Shown: positions 46,785-53,800 of the stretch, piece by piece
Position numbering within the stretch: position 1 is the first letter of the stretch
Layout: each line of letters opens with the position of its first letter
NCBI GenBank assembly: GCA_963627445.1
Contig: CAVGBM010000107.1
Coordinates: forward strand, 1 to 63,948
Reading direction: 5' to 3'
DNA: 63,948 bases
Source: Oscillospiraceae bacterium
Lineage (GTDB): Bacteria > Bacillota > Clostridia > Oscillospirales > Oscillospiraceae
The notes under the pieces: generated by a model
Databases searched by the model: none
What the model was told of the DNA's origin: nothing
Seen by the model: only the letters and a program-made list of their open reading frames with translations
Made by a program: the position numbers and the translations under genes

Positions 46785-48166
46785 ACACTATCCTCCACCA
46801 TATATATTTGATTTTGCCTTTTCGCCTCTTTTTCAGCTATCGAAAACATGATGATGAGAAGTGCAGCCTCGGGGAACGGGCAGAATATGCCGGGGTTAGT
46901 CATCGACATAGCAAGTATTCCGGCGTAGGAGAAGCCGAAAATGATCTGCTTGCTGTGCAGATTCGTGACTATAAGGCGCATTCTCTCTCCGAACAGCCAG
47001 CAATATGACATTACACCGATGGTGCCCATGGAGCCCATGACCTGAATGATGGCATTGTGATAAAACACGAGGCTGCCGGGTATGATAGCTTTGAATATTC
47101 CTACATTTTTTGTACTTCCGAGCCCTACTCCATTTATGGGGCATGCAAGGAAGTCCTTTATTCCAAGTTCAATAAAGCTCACTCTTGTCTCGCTGGAGGA
47201 TATGATGCTGCCCTCGACAAGTCTGCTTGAATACAACGCGGGGATGTACTTAACTCCGACATAGCACAGTGCGGCGACCAAAAGCAGGAACGCCCAGTTG
47301 TACCACCTGTGCTCGGCGATGCTCTCCCGCCTGAGATGGCAGATATAAAGTCCGCTGACAAAGCCGATCATCGCGCCGAAAAGCAGGCCGCTTCTCGACC
47401 CGCTCATGACGAGTGCAAGGCACATGACGGCATAGCCTATAAGATGTATCCTGCGGCGCTCTATCAAAAGGCACGAGGCAGGCAGTGTCATCAATAGGAC
47501 GCTCGCGACATAGTTTCTCGGCTTAAAAAACAGTACGCTCCCCTTTTCGATAAAGTGTTCAAGATTGACGGCATAGAAAATGAGCACCACTGCCGAGGCA
47601 ACGAGTCCCGCCGTGAAGAGAATGTCCGCCATGCGCTCGACACGGTCGTACTCTCTCTCGTTTTCGAGTCGGGAATTAACAAGAAAATACAGGCCGAGCA
47701 TAACAACGCCGAGGCCGAGCATATAATAAAGGCTCGTCGCTCTGAAATAATCCTTTGCCGAGATAGTTCCGACACCGCCAATGAGCAGTGCCGCCGACAC
47801 GGCGCACAGCGGAATGGTGAACCTGCCCTTTACGAGCGGTCTGCGGTAATGCACAAGGTTGAACACGGCTGCTATCGCAAACGGCACGGCAGCATACGGC
47901 ACATACGGCACAAGCGACGTATAATCCGTATAATACCGTGTTGAAAGCAGAAAAATGCAAAGTATCGGGCAGACTATCGACAGCAGATCGTCACAGAAAA
48001 CGAGCAGCAAAACCGTGACCGCAACGAGCAGATACATGACGGGAAGCTGCGTTTGCGTCACAAGCGCAAACAGCGATACCACAAACAGCACCGGGCAAAA
48101 GCCCTTGCTGTTCCACGCTTTTGAAGCTAAATACTGTCCGTTTTCAAAAAAATCATGCAAATTCAA
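46781..48166 (-). CDS. O-antigen ligase/polymerase-like (Wzy_C family) polytopic membrane protein
   Basis: 461 aa, at least 10 TM, with the characteristic loop segment LVMSGSRSGLLFGAMIGF. ATGA-coupled to the lipase gene. Confidence 0.75.
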   Translation of the reverse strand: MNLHDFFENGQYLASKAWNSKGFCPVLFVVSLFALVTQTQLPVMYLLVAVTVLLLVFCDDLLSIVCPILCIFLLSTRYYTDYTSLVPYVPYAAVPFAIAAVFNLVHYRRPLVKGRFTIPLCAVSAALLIGGVGTISAKDYFRATSLYYMLGLGVVMLGLYFLVNSRLENEREYDRVERMADILFTAGLVASAVVLIFYAVNLEHFIEKGSVLFFKPRNYVASVLLMTLPASCLLIERRRIHLIGYAVMCLALVMSGSRSGLLFGAMIGFVSGLYICHLRRESIAEHRWYNWAFLLLVAALCYVGVKYIPALYSSRLVEGSIISSSETRVSFIELGIKDFLACPINGVGLGSTKNVGIFKAIIPGSLVFYHNAIIQVMGSMGTIGVMSYCWLFGERMRLIVTNLHSKQIIFGFSYAGILAMSMTNPGIFCPFPEAALLIIMFSIAEKEAKRQNQIYMVEDSV

Positions 48167-48285
48167 ATCAATTTCCTCAACTTAATGATCTTTAGTCGGC
48201 TCGCGGGCATCAGACCCGCAGCCGAAATCTGAACACTGTATATAGAATACACTATATCGAGCATTTTTTCAACACAAAAAGGCTT

Positions 48286-48302
48286 TGAACGAAATTCGTT
48301 CA
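48286..48302. promoter_or_regulatory. perfect 8-1-8 palindrome TGAACGAA-A-TTCGTTCA in divergent promoter region
   Basis: Read directly. It lies just upstream of a minus-strand TTGAAA-17-TATTCT element (48272..48244) and about 65 bp upstream of the plus-strand promoter at 48368. Confidence 0.5.
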
Positions 48303-48367
48303 TATACAATTATAACCGTTCAGGCGAAACAAATCGGTCGAATACGCCCGTTTTTTCCTTATCGCCC

Positions 48368-48396
48368 TTGAAAGAATAATAATATCGTGTTACAAT
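48368..48396 (+). promoter_or_regulatory. sigma-A promoter (TTGAAA-17-TGtTACAAT) for the 103-aa gene
   Basis: TTGAAA at 48368..48373, a 17-nt spacer ending in TGT, and TACAAT at 48391..48396. GGAGGTG RBS precedes ATG 48422. Confidence 0.7.
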
Positions 48397-48421
48397 CTAA
48401 AAAAATTGCGGAGGTGCCTTA

Positions 48422-48733
48422 ATGAGCAGAGAAGAGGTCAAAAAGCAGATAGAAGAGGAAGATAATTACCACTATAACGACGAGCTGTTTTACACCGGCG
48501 AGGGCGATCTTTTAGATACCGCCGAGGGGCGTGCAAAGTTTTGCAGGCTCAACGAGACGACCGTTTTCAGAAAGAAAGACCCCGGCGTGTGGAACAACTA
48601 CATTTGGGTGTTCAACAACCAGGGTGTCGGCATGACGATAAAAAAGCAGAGCCGCGTTGACCCGAAGCTCATGGAGTGCATCGATTACGACGCAGACGGC
48701 AATGAGGTCAGCAAGTCCTACGACCCTGCATAA
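48422..48733 (+). CDS. hypothetical 103-aa soluble protein, no domain recognised
   Basis: Has its own strong promoter, RBS and terminator, and a natural-looking composition (MSREEVKKQIEEEDNYHYNDELFYTGEGD...). Confidence 0.6.
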   Translation: MSREEVKKQIEEEDNYHYNDELFYTGEGDLLDTAEGRAKFCRLNETTVFRKKDPGVWNNYIWVFNNQGVGMTIKKQSRVDPKLMECIDYDADGNEVSKSYDPA

Positions 48734-48747
48734 CTTCGATTATAAAA

Positions 48748-48782
48748 ACAGACCCGATGATTTTTTCATCGGGTCTGTTTTT
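48748..48782. terminator. bidirectional terminator between the 103-aa gene and hypB
   Basis: 13-bp stem ACAGACCCGATGA/TCATCGGGTCTGT followed by TTTTT. Confidence 0.8.
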
Positions 48783-49450
48783 CAGCTATTCCACTGCTTG
48801 ACCTGCTCACGCAGCCAGTTTGCCCATTCATCAATGCCCTCGCCAGTTCTTGCGGAGATGGGGATGATCTTGATGTTGGGGTTGAGCTTCGTTACATAGC
48901 GCTTGCAGGCTTCAAGGTCAAAGTCAAAGTACGGCATGACATCGATCTTGTTAACAAGAAGCACATCGCAGATGGAGAACATCAGCGGGTACTTGAGAGG
49001 CTTATCGTGTCCCTCGGGAACAGAAAGGATCATCGCGTTTTTGACAGCGCCCGTGTCAAACTCGGCAGGACACACGAGATTGCCGACGTTTTCGAGGATG
49101 GCAAAATCAACATTCTCCGTGCCAAGGCCCTCGAGGCCCTGCTTTGTCATACCTGCGTCAAGATGGCACATGCCGCCGGTGTGCAGCTGGATGACCTTTG
49201 CGCCGGTCTCGGCAATGGTGTGAGCGTCGACATCGGAGTCGATATCCGCTTCCATAACGCCGATGCGCATCTCATCCTTGAGTGCGGCTATGGTAGCCTT
49301 AAGGGTCGTGGTCTTGCCCGAGCCGGGAGACGACATGAGGTTGAGCAGGAAGGTCTTTTCCTGCTTGAGCTCCTTCCTCAGCTCATCGGCCTCGCGGTCG
49401 TTATTCTCAAACACGCTCTTTTTGATCTCTAAAACTCTGAACTTATCCAT
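48782..49450 (-). CDS. hypB: HypB-type G3E-family nickel-insertion GTPase
   Basis: P-loop SSPGSGKTTTL, metal-binding/GTPase switch HTGGMCHLDAGM, and NKID. Confidence 0.85.
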   Translation of the reverse strand: MDKFRVLEIKKSVFENNDREADELRKELKQEKTFLLNLMSSPGSGKTTTLKATIAALKDEMRIGVMEADIDSDVDAHTIAETGAKVIQLHTGGMCHLDAGMTKQGLEGLGTENVDFAILENVGNLVCPAEFDTGAVKNAMILSVPEGHDKPLKYPLMFSICDVLLVNKIDVMPYFDFDLEACKRYVTKLNPNIKIIPISARTGEGIDEWANWLREQVKQWNS

Positions 49451-49470
49451 TGTTTCACCTCATATATCTG

Positions 49471-50667
49471 TTAGTTTAATGAATCCATTATCGTATTGAG
49501 TATATCGTCAAAATTTCTGCTGTTGACGGAATACTCGGCGCTTGCAGCAAAGGTATAATGCTCGGACTTATTGCGGCGCTCGGCTATCGCGGCCTGAAGC
49601 TTGGGGTATATATCAAAGTCGGAAACGCTAACGGCCGCACCGGCGGCGGACATATAGCCGCTGTCACCGATAAAGGCGGAGTTATTTTCGCTCGAGGTAA
49701 ACCACTTGATAAACAGTGCCGATGCCCGCTCGGAGTTAGTGTCGGACGCTGTCATCGTTATGCCGGTGACCTCTTCGACGTAGGCAGGCTCGCCGTCCTT
49801 CACGCAGGGGTAGGTCGCAAAATCGATCTCATCAGCGTCGATGGCATAAGCATAGCGCATAACGTCCACAGACGAAACTATCGCGCACGGAAGCTTGCCC
49901 TCGCCCACCTGCTTTGCCGCATCCTCACTGCCTGCGCCGAAGCCTCGGTTATAGGCGGTCTCGGCCAGGAGCTTGTATATGTACTTGCAGTTTTTGTTGC
50001 TGGTCTCATATGGACTTGCAGCGTCAAATTCGTCCTTGAACTGAGATGCCGCGGTCCTGAAAAACAGCGAGTAGTCGGTTATCGTGAAGAAGCTGCCGCC
50101 GTTTCTTGAATAATACTCGTCAGCGACAGAGCAGAGCTTTTCAAAATTGGATATCGCAGAAAAGTCCGAAAACAGCTTGGTATTGACCATGAAAACATCG
50201 GTCTGAGCGGCTATCGGCACGGCTGCAAGGCTTCCGTCAACGGAGGCTGCCTCCGTCATCTCAGCGTTAAACTCCGATGCTTCCCAGTTGCCGAAATAGG
50301 TGCTCAGGTCAGCCAGAACGCCGCTTTCTGCCATATAAGCTGCATAATCGGTATCGCACACGACCATATCCGGCAGACTTCCCTTTTCGTCTATTGCCTT
50401 ATCCAGCTGCTTATAAAGCTCGGTTTTGCTGTCAAACGCCTTTGTCTTAACGGTGACGCCGTACTTTGCGCCCTCGCCCTTATTGTAGTTATCGGCAAGG
50501 CCGGCAAAGCTCTGCCACATCTTGTCGTTATTGACATACCACACGGTCACCTCGGTGTCCGCATCCGGCTTAAGTGGCGCATAATGCGCAAAGTAGACAT
50601 ACACCGCACCTGCGATAACTAAAACGACCGCCAAAAATATTCCGAGTGTGTATTTTATCTTTGACAT
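49471..50667 (-). CDS. extracellular solute-binding-protein-like (family 1) protein with N-terminal TM anchor
   Basis: 398 aa. TM is YTLGIFLAVVLVIAGAVYVYF, with no lipobox. The periplasmic-binding-protein pattern starts at TVWYVNNDKMWQSF. No permease or ATPase genes are adjacent. Confidence 0.65.
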   Translation of the reverse strand: MSKIKYTLGIFLAVVLVIAGAVYVYFAHYAPLKPDADTEVTVWYVNNDKMWQSFAGLADNYNKGEGAKYGVTVKTKAFDSKTELYKQLDKAIDEKGSLPDMVVCDTDYAAYMAESGVLADLSTYFGNWEASEFNAEMTEAASVDGSLAAVPIAAQTDVFMVNTKLFSDFSAISNFEKLCSVADEYYSRNGGSFFTITDYSLFFRTAASQFKDEFDAASPYETSNKNCKYIYKLLAETAYNRGFGAGSEDAAKQVGEGKLPCAIVSSVDVMRYAYAIDADEIDFATYPCVKDGEPAYVEEVTGITMTASDTNSERASALFIKWFTSSENNSAFIGDSGYMSAAGAAVSVSDFDIYPKLQAAIAERRNKSEHYTFAASAEYSVNSRNFDDILNTIMDSLN

Positions 50668-50838
50668 TTCCTTTCAAATTTCCTCAAAAAAGTATTATAA
50701 TGCAATGATTTTCTTTAATATTTATACCACATCGCACAGTCGTTTTCAATAATATTGTGTCGATTATTATTTTAATTGAAAAATCGATGCCTTCGTGATA
50801 TCATAATCATGTATTTTTGTACCCTCGGAGGCGTTAGT

Positions 50839-53800
50839 ATGAGAAACAAATTTAAAAGGATAATAAGCTCCGTTCTAACGGTCGTTATGCTTTTCGGTCT
50901 TGTCTGCAACAGTGCGGTCTTCCCCGCCTATGCTGCGGATGCCTGCGGCTATGACCCGGCAAAGACCATGTCCGATCTCGATTTTTCGGGCGAGGAAGCG
51001 CAGGCCGGCAGCAGCTACAGCATCTCGACTGCCGACGAGCTCAGCCTGTTTGCCAAATACGTCAACGCAGGCAAGCCGACAGAAGGCGTCACCTTCTACC
51101 TGACCTCCGATATTAAGCTTAAAAATGTCGTCTGGACGCCTATCGGAAGCGCGGTCGGCACCCCCTTCAAGGGCGTGTTCGACGGCTGCGGCTATGCCGT
51201 TTTGAAGCTCACGGTCGACTCGCAGGAAAATGACCAGGCTCTGTTTGGCTATGTAAGCGGCTCGGCTGCCGAGATAAAGAACCTCGGCGTTGAGGGCACG
51301 CTGAGCGGTCAGACCAACGCTGCCGGTATCGCCGCGAACCTCAATGGCGCAAAGATCGCGAACTCGTGGAACGCCGTTGATGTTACGGGCATAGATAATG
51401 TCGGCGGTATCGCCGCAAATGTAAACGGCGGCACTATCACCAACTGCACAAACTACGGATACGTTTCCTGCACGGCGAGCGTCGGCGCTATAGCAGGCAG
51501 CCTGAACGACGGAAGCACCGTTGAATACTCCTACTATGTTTACTACTCCGCCGACAAGGCTGTCGGAAGCCAAACCGGCACGAACACGCAGTCGGTCTAT
51601 CGTTTCTCTACAAGCAGCACCGAGGTGCTTGCCGAAAAGGAGCTGACCGTCGGCGGTGAGACCAGCAACAACATGCTCACCCTCCTTAACGAATGGCTCG
51701 ACATGCAGGAAAAGGGTCACAATTACCGCAGTTGGGTATTTGACACCTCGACGACCGCAAAGCAGCGTGTCGACGGCAACTACCCCAGCCTCGAATACCC
51801 CGACTATGTTGCCCCCGTTGAAAGCACCTACACTGCAACAGCGACCATGACCGCACTGTACGAGGCCAAGCAAAACGCCGTTGAGGGCGGCTGCTACAGC
51901 ATATCGAGCACCGATGAGCTCAAATATTTCAGAGATTATGTAAACCAAGGCTTCAAAACCGACGGGGTCATCTTCTTCCAGGACAAAGATATTCTCATGA
52001 CAACCACCGCCGACAGCTGGGAGCCTATCGGTAATGACGAAAAGGTCGCATTCCAGGGTACCTTTGACGGTCAGGGCTATGTCCTCACCGGCATGGCGAT
52101 AGACGGCAGTTCAAACGGACTCGGCCTGTTCGGCTATGTTAATAATGCAAACTCTGTTATTAAGAATGTTGGTGTATTCGGCGTTATCGTCGCCGGCGAC
52201 AATTGCGGTGCCATCGTGGGTGAGCTCATGATGGGCACGGTATCAAACTGCTGGTTTGACGGCGAGATGAATGCAAAGGATCGCATTGGCGGCATTGTCG
52301 GCAAGGCAGATCAGGCACAGATACTCAACTGCGTTGACTTTGCGACCATCAGCGGCGACAAGAGCGTCGGCGGCATCGTCGGAGCTTGCTCGAGCTCCAC
52401 TACCGTTAAATACTGCTACTATCCGCAGGATCTTGCCAGCGGCTGCGGCCAGTCAAGCGGCAGCCAGACCGCACTTATCGCCTTCAGCAAGGATGGCTCG
52501 GATTTCACACTCGAGAGATCTGTCGTAGTCGGCAGCGCATCGGGCATCAAGCTTCTGAATGTTCTCAACCACTGGGTCACCTATCTTGCAATGGATTCGA
52601 CCTACCGCTACTGGAAGATAGACGACTCCGTGTCCGGTGTTGCCAGAATTCAGGGCACCCACCCGACACATCTGTATCCCGGTGACGGCTCGGGCGTTAA
52701 ACGCGTGGACGAGCCTCACTTTGATGTCGACGACGAGACTAACCCCTACAATGTTAAATACATTGAAACTGCAACGATGACCGAGCTATACGACAGCGGT
52801 GTTGATGCCGTTGCGGGCGGTCATTACAGCATAAACAGCGGTGAAGAGCTTAAAAAGCTCGCGCTTTACGTCAAGGATAACCATGCTACCAAGGATGTCA
52901 CCTTCTATCTGACAAAGGATGTCGATATATCCGTCAAGGCGCTCGGCAACGATTCAGACGGCTGGTTGCCGATAGGCTGCGATTACAGCGTTCTTGAAAG
53001 CGGCTCACTGACCCGTGTCTTTAACGGCACCTTTGACGGCTGCGGCTACACAGTCTATGGCCTGTACATTTATAATGAAAAGGGCGACAATGTCGGCCTT
53101 TTCGGCAGGATAAGAAATGCCGTTATCAAAAACCTCGGCGTTATCGGCGGCATCGTCGGTGAATTTAACTGCGGCGGCATTGCCGGTAAGTCAGACAGCA
53201 GTACCGTCACAAACTGCTGGGCAAATGTCAGCATCCAGTCCGAGTCCGAGACCGGCGGCATCGTCGGAAGAATGGACGATACCACCGTTGAAAACTGCGT
53301 GTCCTACGGCGCAACGCTCTGCGCAGGCGGCGAGACCTGCATCTCCGGCGGTATCGCAGGCGATGTCCTCGGAAAATCGGCCATCAAAAACTGCTACTAC
53401 CTTAAGGACACTGCTCAGGACGGCTATAACAGTGCACCGTCCGGCGCAGAGATAAATATCCTCACCTTTACATATGGCTTTGAGCAGGACGACTACTACT
53501 GCACGCTTGAGAGAGCAACGCAGATAGACGATATCACAACCACGAGCCTGCTCGATGCGCTAAATGCCTGGGTGTTTTTGCAGAATAACGGCCAGTACAG
53601 CGGCTGGCGTAACTCCGTCACCCTCATCGGCGAGGGCGACCATTCCGGCCACTATCCGAGGCTCATGACTCCCGGCCAGTTCCAGGACAGCGACCCGAAC
53701 GAGGAATATGACGGCGACTACACCGCTACTGCAACGGTCAGCCAGCTCTACTCCACGGGCTCTGACGGCATTGAGGGCTGCGCATACAGCATAAACGGCC

